A DNA stretch of 64,000 nucleotides, from the NCBI GenBank assembly GCA_020849425.1, contig JADLGH010000007.1, positions 2,732-66,731 of the forward strand, in the 5' to 3' direction. This DNA is from Candidatus Dadabacteria bacterium. Its GTDB lineage: Bacteria; Desulfobacterota_D; UBA1144; Nemesobacterales; UBA2774. Under the pieces are notes generated by a model that saw nothing but the letters and a program-made list of their open reading frames with translations, ran no database searches and was not told the origin of the DNA. Positions 18,985 to 28,840 of this stretch are shown one piece after another (positions within the stretch are counted from its first letter, which is position 1; each line of letters opens with the position of its first letter). Position numbers and translations under genes: made by a program.

Positions 18985-20514
18985 GTGACGCCCTGGCCGC
19001 ATTTTTCGAGACTGACACTCGCGACGCTGATACTGCTCTGCGTAAAGCTCGCGCTGGCCCTGTATCTTTACAGTCTCGGTTTTCTGAGCCTCTCGGCGGA
19101 CGAGTACTCGCGCGGGATGACGGCCGCTAGATGGGCTCTCGACGGCGACCTGCCGCTCGGAATATACATGAACGCGTGGCTCCCCTTCGAGACGTACGTC
19201 AACGGCCTCGCGCTCAAGGTATGGAGCGACGTCATATGGACCCCCCGTATCACTGTATTCATCTTCTCCTGCGTCCTCCTCGTATATTTTTTGAAGCTGG
19301 TTCAATACCTTTTCAAATCGCTCGTCGTAACGATAATAGCGGGCCTCCTCCTCGTCTTCACACGCTGGTTCGTCTGGCTCGGCGGAACCCCCATGCTCGA
19401 CATCTACTGCCTCGCGCCCTTCGTCGCGGGGCTTTACTACGCGGCGAAGTGGACGGAGGAAAGACGCGGCGTTTTTCTCCTCGCGGGAGGATTCCTTTTC
19501 TTCCTCTCGACCGGGTTTCACAGCCAGGCATGGATCCTCGTAAACGCGGCGTGCCTTTCCCTGGCGGTTTACGCCGCGGCATTCATGAGAGAGAAAAGCC
19601 CGAGGGCCCTTCCGGAGCTGGCGGGCTTCTTCTTACTGAGCAATCTCTTCATCGCCGTCTATCTCCCGGTAGAGCACGCCGCCACCGGCGAATGGCTCTA
19701 CATGTTCAGGGACCACGCGGCGAGGACCCTCCCCTACTACTCCGACTACGACGTCTCTCTCTGGAAGAAGCTCGCCTACTATCCCCGGCTCGTGTACCAC
19801 TCCGCAAACTGGCTCGTGTGGCTCTTTTTCCCGGTGGGTATATTTGCGGCCCTGACAGCACGGCGAAGAACCGCGGCCCTCTTCCCGCTCGCGGTCGGCA
19901 TTATCGCCCTCGCCGTCTACTCGTTCTATAACGTCTTCTCGGTCCCGGCCTCTGCCGCGCCCGGGCGCTACTCCCTCCCCTTCTTCATACTCTTCGCGCC
20001 GTACTCGGCCCTCGGCATTTACACGCTCTCCTTCCTCGATATCCGCGCGCCGGTTTCGTGGCTCCTTCGCGGCGCGGCGGCGGCGCTCGTCGTCTATCTC
20101 TTGTGGACGAGCTTCCTCCAGCTGCCCGATTACGAAACGAAAAACGCGCGCGAGGCCGTGGGCGTCGGCCTCTTCGTCAGGGACGAGATGGACAGCAAAT
20201 GGCCCGGCGACGACGGAACAATACTCCTCGAACGGGCGTACTGGGACTTCCTCTACATACGGCTCGCCGCCGGGCACTTCGGCCTCGTACGGTTCGACAG
20301 GCCAATCACGGACGAGTACGCCGGCACGCCGTCCGACCTCCTCTCGATGAGCGACGGTGAAATACTCGCCCGCGTGAAAAAAGAGAAGACGAGGTTCATA
20401 ATCGTGAGGGACCCCGCGCTCAGGGAAAGGCTCTCAGGGCTCGGCTTTTTGCGAATAGCGAGGGATTCAGACGAATGGGCCGCCTTCGAGGTCGACCCGG
20501 GCGTGATGCGATAG
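18985..20514 (+). CDS. glycosyltransferase family 39 / ArnT-PMT-like integral membrane glycosyltransferase
   Basis: About 12 TM helices with a conserved DE motif in the first periplasmic loop (LSADEYSRG) and a soluble C-terminal domain. GTG start. A TATAAT hexamer lies upstream at about 18953. Confidence 0.55.
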   Translation: MTPWPHFSRLTLATLILLCVKLALALYLYSLGFLSLSADEYSRGMTAARWALDGDLPLGIYMNAWLPFETYVNGLALKVWSDVIWTPRITVFIFSCVLLVYFLKLVQYLFKSLVVTIIAGLLLVFTRWFVWLGGTPMLDIYCLAPFVAGLYYAAKWTEERRGVFLLAGGFLFFLSTGFHSQAWILVNAACLSLAVYAAAFMREKSPRALPELAGFFLLSNLFIAVYLPVEHAATGEWLYMFRDHAARTLPYYSDYDVSLWKKLAYYPRLVYHSANWLVWLFFPVGIFAALTARRRTAALFPLAVGIIALAVYSFYNVFSVPASAAPGRYSLPFFILFAPYSALGIYTLSFLDIRAPVSWLLRGAAAALVVYLLWTSFLQLPDYETKNAREAVGVGLFVRDEMDSKWPGDDGTILLERAYWDFLYIRLAAGHFGLVRFDRPITDEYAGTPSDLLSMSDGEILARVKKEKTRFIIVRDPALRERLSGLGFLRIARDSDEWAAFEVDPGVMR

Positions 20515-20595
20515 AGGCAAGTATGATTCCTTTTTACAGTGACGCCGCGAAGCACCCGCGGCAATCCCGTTAAAATCGCCCGCTTGAAGCGGCAG

Positions 20596-23500
20596 CTATC
20601 TCTCTGCGTAATGTTCCTGCGTGCCCTTCTTCCAGAGCCGCGAGAGCGAGAGGCTCGGTATATAGGTCTGGAGCCTGTCCATGTATATGTAAAAGACCGG
20701 CGTCAGGTAAAGTGTGATAAGCTGCGAGAAGAGTAAGCCACCCACGACGGTAAGACCGAGCGGCTGGCGCGACTCCGCTCCCGCGCCGTGGCCGAGCGCA
20801 AGCGGCACCGCTCCGAGGAGCGCCGCCATCGTCGTCATCATGATCGGGCGGAACCTGATGAGACACCCCTGGTATATCGCCTCCACGGGGCTCTTGCCCC
20901 CCTTTCTCTGGGCCTCGAGCGCAAAGTCTATCTGCATGATCGCGTTTTTCTTCACGATGCCTATGAGCATTATGAGACCGACGAATGCGTACACGTTCAG
21001 CTCTATTCCGAAAATGAGAAGAACTATGAGCGCCCCGAACCCGGCCGAAGGGAGGCCCGAGAGAATCGTTATCGGGTGGATGAAGCTCTCGTACAGGATT
21101 CCGAGTATGATGTAAATGACGAGTATGGAGAAAACGAGAAGGAGCCCGAGCCCCTTGAGCGACCTCTGGAACTCCTGCGCCACGCCCTGGTAATTCGTGC
21201 TCATGTTCGCGGGCAGCGTCTCCTCGACCAGCCTGTCTATTTTGCCGACGGCCTGGCTGAGCGATACGCCCGTCGCAAGGTTAAACGATATGGTTACGGC
21301 CGGGAACTGGCCGTAATGATTGATGGTCTTGGGACCGATGTTTTCCGTGAACCTGGCTACAGTATCGAGTGGTATGAGGCTCCCGCCCGACGACTTCACG
21401 TAAAGCCTCGAAAGGGCGTTCATGTCGTCCTGGTACTCGGGCTTCAGCTCCATGATGACCTGGAACTGGTTCGTCGGCGTGTATATCGTGGAGACCCACC
21501 TGTCGCCGTAGGCGTTATAGAGCGTGTTCTCGATCTCGGCGGCCGTAACGCCGTGGGCCGACGCCTTGTCCCTCATTATTTCGACGTTCACCTGCGGGTT
21601 CTCGATCTCGAGGTCGCTCGTAACGTCCTTGAGCTCGGGGAGCTCGCTCATCTTCGATTCGAGTATGGGAACGTACTCGTAGAGCTCCTCCATGTCCGGG
21701 CTCTGTATAGTGAACTGGTAGAGGCTCTTCGTAAGCTGTCCGCCTATCCTTATCTCGGGCTGGTCCTGCATGAACGAGCTCACCCCCGGGAGCTCCGCGA
21801 GCTTCGGGCGAAGCTCGTCTATTATCTCGAACGAGCTCGGCCTTTCGTCCCTGGGTATCAACCGCATGAACATCCTGCCCTGGTTCGTCCCAGTGGTTCC
21901 TCCTCCCCCGCCGATTCTCGAGAAGAACGAGTACACGTACGGGCTCGACATAACGACGTCGGCGACCTGCTGCTGGTACTCGGCCATCTTTTCGAAGGAA
22001 GTCCCCTGCGAAGCCTCGGTTATCGTAAAGATAGTCCCGTGGTCCTCGTTCGGCAGAAACCCCTTCGGGATTATCATGAAGAGGTACGCCGTTATCAGGA
22101 GTATCAAAACGTTCATCATCAGGAATGCGAACCTGTGCTTGAGCACGAACCCGAGGCTCCATTCGTATACGTTATACATGCCGTCGAAGAAGCGCTCGAC
22201 GGCGTTGTAAAGACGCCCGTGCTTCCTGCCGGACTCCGGCTTTAAAAACCTACTGCAGAGCATCGGGGTGAGGGTAAGGGAAACGACCCCCGAAATGAGA
22301 ATGGCGGCGGTTATGGATACGGCGAACTCCTGGAAGAGCCTGCCTATAACCCCGCCCATGAGCAGCACCGGGATGAATACGGCCGCGAGGGATAGCGTCA
22401 TCGACACGAGAGTGAAGCTTATCTCTTTCGAGCCGTCGAGGGCCGCCTGGAGGGGCTTCTTCCCCATCTCCATGTGCCTCACTATATTTTCGAGCATGAC
22501 TATGGCGTCGTCCACGACGAACCCTATGGCGAGAATGAGCGCCATCATCGAGATGTTGTTCAGGCTGAAGCCGCACAGATACATGACTATGAACGTCCCG
22601 ACGATCGAAAGCGGAAGCGCCAGGCTGGGTATCACCGTGGCCGAAATGTTCCGGAGAAAGAGGAATATCACCATGACGACCAGGCAAAGCGTGAGCAGCA
22701 TGGTGAAGTTGACCTCGTCCATCGACTCCCTTATCGACTGCGAGCGGTCGTAGTGAATGTTGAGGTTGACCGAGGGGGGGAGATAATCCTCGAGCGACGG
22801 GATTACCGCCTTGACCGCGTCGGCGACGGCGACGGTATTCGTCCCCGGCTGGCGCTGGATCGCGAGGATCACGGCCCTTTCGCTGGAATCCCTGTTTACG
22901 AACCACGCGGCGTTCTTGTCGTCCTCGACGCTGTCTATCACGTTCCCGAGCTCTTTCAAACGGACGGGAGAACCGTCGCGATAAGCGACGATGACGTCCC
23001 TGTATGCCTCGGCGTTATGCAGCTGCCCGGTGGCGAGGATGGTATAGGATTTGTCGGGGCCGTAAAGAGAGCCCGTCGGCATGTTGACGTTGGCGGCGTT
23101 CACCGCGGCCTCGACTTCGTTTATGCCGATACCCTTGCTGCTGAGCGCGTTGGGGTCTAGCTGTATGCGGACTGCGTACTTCTTCGAGCCGTATATCTGC
23201 ACCTGTGCGACGCCGCTCACCATCGAAATGCGCTGGGCGAGTATAGTGTCGGCGTATTCCGTAAGCTCCCAGGGCTGGAGCGTCGGCGACGTCACCGCGT
23301 AATACAGTATCGGCTGGTCGGCGGGGTTCACTTTCCTGTACGTGGGGGGCTCCGGCATGTCCTGCGGCAGGAGCCGGCTCGCCCGCGCTATGGCGGTCTG
23401 GACGTCCTGCGCCGCCGCGTCGAGCTGCCTTTCGAGGTTGAACTGTATCGTTATCTGCGTCGAGCCGAGCGAGCTCACGGACGTCATCGAGTCTATGCCC

Positions 23501-23724
23501 TCGATGGTCGAGAACTGCCGCTCGAGCGGCGTCGCGACCGTGGACGACATGGTCTCCGGGCTCGCCCCCGCGAGGTTCGCCGAAACGAGTATGGTAGGGA
23601 AATCCACGTTCGGGAGGTCGCTCACCGGAAGCGTCCTGTAGCCGATTATTCCGAAAAGGAGTATGGAGGCCATAAGGAGCGACGTCATAACCGGACGCCT
23701 GATGAATATTCCGGAAAGGTTCAA
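20596..23724 (-). CDS. RND multidrug efflux permease (HAE1, AcrB/MexB-like)
   Basis: 1042 aa, 12 TM helices and two large periplasmic loops. The N-terminus is MNLSGIFIRRPVMTSLLMASILLFGIIGYRTLPVSDLPNVDFPTI. Confidence 0.9.
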   Translation of the reverse strand: MNLSGIFIRRPVMTSLLMASILLFGIIGYRTLPVSDLPNVDFPTILVSANLAGASPETMSSTVATPLERQFSTIEGIDSMTSVSSLGSTQITIQFNLERQLDAAAQDVQTAIARASRLLPQDMPEPPTYRKVNPADQPILYYAVTSPTLQPWELTEYADTILAQRISMVSGVAQVQIYGSKKYAVRIQLDPNALSSKGIGINEVEAAVNAANVNMPTGSLYGPDKSYTILATGQLHNAEAYRDVIVAYRDGSPVRLKELGNVIDSVEDDKNAAWFVNRDSSERAVILAIQRQPGTNTVAVADAVKAVIPSLEDYLPPSVNLNIHYDRSQSIRESMDEVNFTMLLTLCLVVMVIFLFLRNISATVIPSLALPLSIVGTFIVMYLCGFSLNNISMMALILAIGFVVDDAIVMLENIVRHMEMGKKPLQAALDGSKEISFTLVSMTLSLAAVFIPVLLMGGVIGRLFQEFAVSITAAILISGVVSLTLTPMLCSRFLKPESGRKHGRLYNAVERFFDGMYNVYEWSLGFVLKHRFAFLMMNVLILLITAYLFMIIPKGFLPNEDHGTIFTITEASQGTSFEKMAEYQQQVADVVMSSPYVYSFFSRIGGGGGTTGTNQGRMFMRLIPRDERPSSFEIIDELRPKLAELPGVSSFMQDQPEIRIGGQLTKSLYQFTIQSPDMEELYEYVPILESKMSELPELKDVTSDLEIENPQVNVEIMRDKASAHGVTAAEIENTLYNAYGDRWVSTIYTPTNQFQVIMELKPEYQDDMNALSRLYVKSSGGSLIPLDTVARFTENIGPKTINHYGQFPAVTISFNLATGVSLSQAVGKIDRLVEETLPANMSTNYQGVAQEFQRSLKGLGLLLVFSILVIYIILGILYESFIHPITILSGLPSAGFGALIVLLIFGIELNVYAFVGLIMLIGIVKKNAIMQIDFALEAQRKGGKSPVEAIYQGCLIRFRPIMMTTMAALLGAVPLALGHGAGAESRQPLGLTVVGGLLFSQLITLYLTPVFYIYMDRLQTYIPSLSLSRLWKKGTQEHYAER

Positions 23725-23761
23725 GGGCAGGCTACCTCGTTTTAAGTTCTTCGATTACAGG

Positions 23762-25000
23762 CTACTTCATGCTTATGTCCGAGCCGTCCTGCGAAAGGAC
23801 TTCGGGACTCTCGTTAACCCTGACCTTCATCCCCGGGACGAGCCTCAGCTGGCCCTCGGTGACGACGATCTCGCCGGGTTTCAGCCCCTTCGTGATGACG
23901 ACCTCCCTGTCCACCCTCGCGCCCGGGACGACGGGACGCGACTCGACCGTGGAATCGGGCTTTACGACGAAGACGTAATCCCCGCTCTGGCCCGACTGGA
24001 CTGCGCGGGCGGGCACGACGGTCGCATTCTCCTGCGTCGTGAGATTAAGTGAGACGTTTACGAATTTTCCCGGCCACAGCACCTCGCCCTCGTTTTCGAA
24101 TACGGCCTTTAACCTCACGGTTCCCGTCGACTCGTTCACCCTGTTGTCTATGAAGCTGAGCGTCCCTTCGGCCGGGGGAAGCTCGCTCGGGCTCACGCCG
24201 ACGGCCTCCGTATCCTTATCCATCGCCGCGCTCTCGCCGTCCTTCCGGCTGGTATAGGGAATAGCGGCGTAAACCCTGAGCTCGCCCGAGGCCGCGAGGT
24301 ATTCGCGGATGAGCGCCAGGAAATGCTCGGGAACGGAGAAATCGACGAACACGGGTTTTGTCTGGTTTATAACCGCCAGCAGGGTCGAGCGCGTTTCTAC
24401 CGTGTTGCCCTCGTGAACGAGTATCTCGCCTATGCGCCCGTCTATCGGCGATCGTATGGAGCAGTACTCCAGCTCGAGCTTTGCGTTCGCGACGGCGGCC
24501 CTGTCGGCGTTGACGGCCGCTTTCAGCGATTCGAACTCCGCCCTCACCTGGTCGTACTGCTGGGCGGACACAACCCCCTTGTTTATAAGGTCTTCGTACC
24601 TGGCGGCATCCTGCTCCGCCTTCTTCATCATTGCAGTATTGCGGGCCATGTTGGCCTCCGCCTGCCTGAGCGTATTTTCATACGGCCTCTGATCGATGAG
24701 AAAGAGAAGGTCTCCGCTGGATACCTTCTCCCCCTCCTTGAAGTAGACCCGCGAGAGCTGCCCCTCCACCTGGGGCTTTATCTCGACGGTCGAGTACGGC
24801 TACACGTTTCCTATGGCGCTCAGCCTGACGGGGACGTCCTTGCTCGTAACGCGGGCGACCGTCACGGGGACCCCTTCGCCCTGCCCCCCGCCCGGGGAGC
24901 CCTCCGCCTTAGAGTCCCCTCGGTCGCATGAAAAGGACATGACCAGCGCTATTAATGAAGTGAAAAAAAGTAGACCGCTTCGCCTGAAGGCGCGGGACAT
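23762..25000 (-). pseudogene. RND efflux periplasmic adaptor (membrane fusion protein, AcrA/MexA-like) interrupted by an in-frame TAG at 24800-24802
   Basis: Two ORFs in the same frame (24800..25045 and 23762..24769) give ...VPVRLSAIGNV*PYSTVEIKPQVEGQLSRVYFKEG. Read together they form a continuous MFP with a lipoprotein signal MSRAFRRSGLLFFTSLIALVMSFSC. The probable start is ATG 25000 with RBS GGGAGGA. Confidence 0.75.
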
Positions 25001-25423
25001 CCGGGTTTTCCTCCCGTGATAGCGTACAAAATCCTCGTTATCCATTATTGAATCTGAAATCTCGGCCGCGTAACCCCGACAAGAGACGTAGGGACTTTCC
25101 TTCCGCCGCTCCCGACCAGCCTGGAGCCTTAAGCCACTGCTATGATTAACCTTCTTATACCTGCGTCGGCGAACCTGTCCGATGTAAGTAATTACTTACC
25201 AAGACTAGATAAAACTGCATTACAATCCGCACGAAGTCAATTAATTTGTCGTTAAGCCCGCGACTGATTTATAAACACCTGCTGCATTTTCTCGCAAACT
25301 TGGAGAAGATACGTCGTCTAGGACAGTCGTGCTGACTCTGCCGCCGTGCTCTACCGAAGACGCAAACGAACCCGGGATTAAAAATACTATTGACAGTTCG
25401 GAATATTACGATATATTATAAGC

Positions 25424-25756
25424 ATGCAGAAAATAACGTCACAAAGCGGGGTCTTTCCGCGCCTGACCGGCCTTGACTCGCTGGCGCAGGCCGCCGAATG
25501 CCTACGTGTGCTTGCCCACCCCCACCGCCTGAGGATGATCCAGATGATGCTGGCGGGGAGATTTACGGTCGGAGAGCTGGCCGAGGCATGCGAGCTGCCG
25601 ACGGCGATGGCCTCCGAGCATCTTCGGCTGATGCAGCGCTGCGGATTTCTAAGCAGCGAAAAGGAGGGCAGGAAGGTGTTTTACCGCGTAGTGGACCCTC
25701 ACCTTAAAAACCTCATGAAGTGCGTCGAGGATCGCTGCGGCGAGGCATTCGCGTAA
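25424..25756 (+). CDS. ArsR/SmtB-family transcriptional regulator (BigR/CstR-like context)
   Basis: wHTH LRVLAHPHRLRMIQMMLAGRFTVGELAEACELPTAMASEHLRLM. It carries several Cys and sits upstream of the rhodanese and persulfide-dioxygenase genes. Confidence 0.8.
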   Translation: MQKITSQSGVFPRLTGLDSLAQAAECLRVLAHPHRLRMIQMMLAGRFTVGELAEACELPTAMASEHLRLMQRCGFLSSEKEGRKVFYRVVDPHLKNLMKCVEDRCGEAFA

Positions 25757-25837
25757 GGCGGATTTTTTTTGCCCTGATATTCGGAAATATTCCGATATAT
25801 CGACTAATTAATAAACGATATTCGAAAGGAGAAAGTA

Positions 25838-26407
25838 ATGAGCGTACAAACGATTACACCGAAGAGGCTCTCCGAGCTGAAGGCAGCCGGGGAAACCATC
25901 GAGCTTATCGATGTCAGGACCCCCGCCGAGTTCCGCGAAATACACGTCGGCTTCGCCCGGAACGTCCCGCTCGACAGGCTCGGCGCATCCGGACTCGCCG
26001 AGGGCGGCCGGCCCCTATACGTCATGTGCCGTTCGGGAAACAGGGGCAGGGAGGCCTGCGAGAAGCTCTTTAACGACGCCGGAGTAGACGTCGTAAACGT
26101 CGAGGGAGGCGTGCTTGGATGGGAGGAAGCCGGGCTCCCCGTCGTTCGCGGGAAGAAGACCATCTCCCTCGACCGCCAGGTGCGGATTGCCGCGGGCTCT
26201 CTCGTCCTTTTGGGGGCTCTGCTGTCCGCCCTGGTAAGCGTTTACTGGATAGCGCTTCCGGCATTCGTAGGGGCGGGGCTCGTCTTCGCGGGCGTAACGG
26301 ACACATGCGGCATGGCAATGCTTTTGGCCCGTATGCCGTGGAACCGGGTCAGGGAAAGCCCGGACGGCGCGGCCTGCGAAAATAATCCGTCCGCGCTCGG
26401 CGGATAG
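25838..26407 (+). CDS. rhodanese-domain membrane protein (YgaP-like: rhodanese + DUF2892 TM hairpin)
   Basis: Rhodanese active-site loop CRSGNRG and two C-terminal TM helices. RBS AAAGGAGAAAG. Confidence 0.75.
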   Translation: MSVQTITPKRLSELKAAGETIELIDVRTPAEFREIHVGFARNVPLDRLGASGLAEGGRPLYVMCRSGNRGREACEKLFNDAGVDVVNVEGGVLGWEEAGLPVVRGKKTISLDRQVRIAAGSLVLLGALLSALVSVYWIALPAFVGAGLVFAGVTDTCGMAMLLARMPWNRVRESPDGAACENNPSALGG

Positions 26408-26464
26408 CGCCGCCGGAATTTGAGGAACGAATTTACGCGAACAAATATAGAAAGGAGAAATCAA

Positions 26465-27868
26465 ATGCTGCTTAAATACTTTTACGATCCCGGGCTGGCC
26501 CATGCATCCTACCTCGTCGGCTGCCGGCAAACCGGCGAAGCCGTGGTCATCGACCCGGGCAGGAACGTAGATCAATACCTCGAAGCCGCGGAGCTCGAAG
26601 AGCTTCGTATAGTCGGCTCCGCCGAGACGCACATACACGCCGACTTCGTTTCCGGCTCGTGCGAGCTCGCCGACAGGACCGGGGCGAGGCTATATCTCTC
26701 GGACGAAGGGCCTTCGGAATGGAAATACCTGTTCGCCGGCCGTTACGACACGCGGCTCCTGAAACACTGCGATTCGTTCCGCGTCGGCAGGGTCCGGCTC
26801 GAGGCCGTCCACACGCCGGGACATACGCCCGAGCACATGTCGTTTCTCCTGACGGACGAAGGGGGCGGCGCGGACGAGCCGATGGGGATTTTCACGGGCG
26901 ACTTCGTCTTCGCAGGCTCCATAGGACGGCCCGACCTTCTCGAAACCGCGGCCGGCGTAGCCGGCAGCGCCGGGAAGGGGGCGCGGCAGCTCTATCGTTC
27001 GCTCGACCTCTTCCGGGGCCTTCCCGACCACCTCCAGGTATGGCCCACTCACGGGGCCGGGAGCGCCTGCGGCAAGGGCCTCGGCGCGGTTCCTTCGAGC
27101 ACCGTCGGCTACGAAAAGCGGTTTAACCCGGGTCTCCGGTTCGAGGGCGAGCAGGAGTTCGTCGACTACATACTTTCAGACCAGCCGGAAACGCCCCATT
27201 ACTTCGCCGTCATGAAGCGCATCAACAAAGAAGGCCCGGCGCTCGTTCGCACCCTGCCGCCGGTAGAGGCCCTCGACCCGGACCTCCTGCCCGAGGCTGC
27301 GGGCCGGTACGTCGTGATAGACGTCCTCCCTGCGGCGGAGTTCGCGGAGGCCCACGTCCCGGGGACGATAAACATCCCTGCCGCTGCGCTCGTCAGGTGG
27401 GCGGGATTTCTGGTCGATTACGCTCGGCCCGTTTACCTCCTCGCGGACGAGGCGTCCGTGGCCGGCGTCCTTGGCCGCCTTCGCTCGATAGGAATAGACA
27501 ACGTCGGCGGCTATTTCGACGCCGGGGCCGTCCGGGAAGCCGGGCTCAGGACGGAGTTCTACGAATCCGCCTCTCCAGAAGAGCTTCGCCCGGATATCGA
27601 AAGCGGAGAGGTTACGGTCCTCGACGTGCGCGCGGCGACCGAGTACAGGGAAGGGCGCATCCCCGGGGCCGGGCACAAATTCGTGGGCAACCTCCTTCGT
27701 GAAATGAGCGACGTCGAACGTTCGAAGCCCGTGGCGGTCCACTGTCTCGGGGGCGAGCGCTCTGCGATCGCGGCGAGCCTCCTCCAGCGCGCGGGATACG
27801 ACGTCGTCGATATGAGCGGCGGTTACCGGGCGTGGGCGGCGGCCGGCCTACCGATCGACAAGAACTGA
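26465..27868 (+). CDS. MBL-fold persulfide dioxygenase-like domain fused to two rhodanese domains (Blh/CstB-like)
   Basis: Metallo-beta-lactamase motif HIHADFVSG (HxHxDH variant) with HTPGHTPEH, followed by two rhodanese modules. ATG at 26465 follows AAAGGAGAAA; the ORF track start at 26420 is probably too early. Confidence 0.75.
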   Translation: MLLKYFYDPGLAHASYLVGCRQTGEAVVIDPGRNVDQYLEAAELEELRIVGSAETHIHADFVSGSCELADRTGARLYLSDEGPSEWKYLFAGRYDTRLLKHCDSFRVGRVRLEAVHTPGHTPEHMSFLLTDEGGGADEPMGIFTGDFVFAGSIGRPDLLETAAGVAGSAGKGARQLYRSLDLFRGLPDHLQVWPTHGAGSACGKGLGAVPSSTVGYEKRFNPGLRFEGEQEFVDYILSDQPETPHYFAVMKRINKEGPALVRTLPPVEALDPDLLPEAAGRYVVIDVLPAAEFAEAHVPGTINIPAAALVRWAGFLVDYARPVYLLADEASVAGVLGRLRSIGIDNVGGYFDAGAVREAGLRTEFYESASPEELRPDIESGEVTVLDVRAATEYREGRIPGAGHKFVGNLLREMSDVERSKPVAVHCLGGERSAIAASLLQRAGYDVVDMSGGYRAWAAAGLPIDKN

Positions 27869-27890
27869 TTTCAAACGGTAAAGGTCCCGA

Positions 27891-28715
27891 ATGTCCATAA
27901 CCAGCCTCTTGTTGGGAGCCCTCGTCGGGCTCTCGCTCGGCCTCACGGGCGGCGGGGGCGCGATCTTCGCGGTGCCGCTCCTCGTATACGGGATGGGCCT
28001 TTCCGCGAAGGACGCCGTGGCCACATCCCTCTCGGCCGTGGGGGCCATATCGACGGTCGGGTTCCTTTCACACTGGCGAAGGGGCGACGTCGAGCTAAGG
28101 ACAGGGCTCCTCTTTGCCGCGGCGGGCATGGTCGGGGCGCCCGTCGGGACGTGGATCGCCGGTCTTATCCCGCAAACCCTTCTCCTTTTGCTGTTCGCCG
28201 CGCTGATGGCGGTCATCGCCCTCGTGCTCTGGCGGAAAACGGGTCTGGTGGAGAGCGAGTTACGCCCCGCGGCGGAAGGCCGGGACTGCATGGCCGCCGG
28301 CCCTTCGTGCGAGCGCGACCCGGCCGGCATCCTGATAATGAGCTCCTGCTGCGCCGTCCTCCTTGTCGTAGCCGGCGTTATCACCGGGGTCCTCTCCGGC
28401 CTCTTCGGTGTCGGCGGCGGATTTATTATCGTGCCCGCGCTCGTACTCTTCAGCGGCATGTCCATCCACCGGGCCGTGGGCACGTCCCTCATGGTCATCG
28501 TCCTCATAAGCGCGGCGGGCGTCGTCTCGCAGATCTTTGCCGGGCGCATCGTCTCGGGAGAGGTCACGCTCCTCTTCGTCGCGGGCGGTGTCGCCGGGCT
28601 CTTCGCGGGACAGGCCGCCGGGCGCAGGCTGTCCGGCCCTTCACTTCAGAAGGTCTTCGCCGCCGCCATACTCCTCGTGGCCGCCTTCGTCATCGTCCGG
28701 AATATATTCGGCTGA
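27891..28715 (+). CDS. TauE/SafE-family sulfite/anion exporter
   Basis: Eight TM helices with duplicated GGGGAIFAVPLLV / GVGGGFIIVPALV motifs. Confidence 0.8.
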   Translation: MSITSLLLGALVGLSLGLTGGGGAIFAVPLLVYGMGLSAKDAVATSLSAVGAISTVGFLSHWRRGDVELRTGLLFAAAGMVGAPVGTWIAGLIPQTLLLLLFAALMAVIALVLWRKTGLVESELRPAAEGRDCMAAGPSCERDPAGILIMSSCCAVLLVVAGVITGVLSGLFGVGGGFIIVPALVLFSGMSIHRAVGTSLMVIVLISAAGVVSQIFAGRIVSGEVTLLFVAGGVAGLFAGQAAGRRLSGPSLQKVFAAAILLVAAFVIVRNIFG

Positions 28716-28840
28716 GCCGGTATTCCACGCGCGCCGGTCAGGCGCTTCGGCGCATTCGCCGCCTTACCGTAGCCCCTAGGAATCCGGGCCCGCTATGGAT
28801 TATAATCTAGGGATATTCCGAGCCTTTTTGCCGGCCGTAT

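Noticed and set aside
20788-22245. 485-aa plus-strand ORF antisense to the RND permease, plus similar antisense ORFs at 21515-22162, 22250-22906 and 22474-23160
   Set aside because: Low-complexity Arg/His/Glu-rich translations inside a confidently called 1042-aa RND gene. They are a GC-content artefact.
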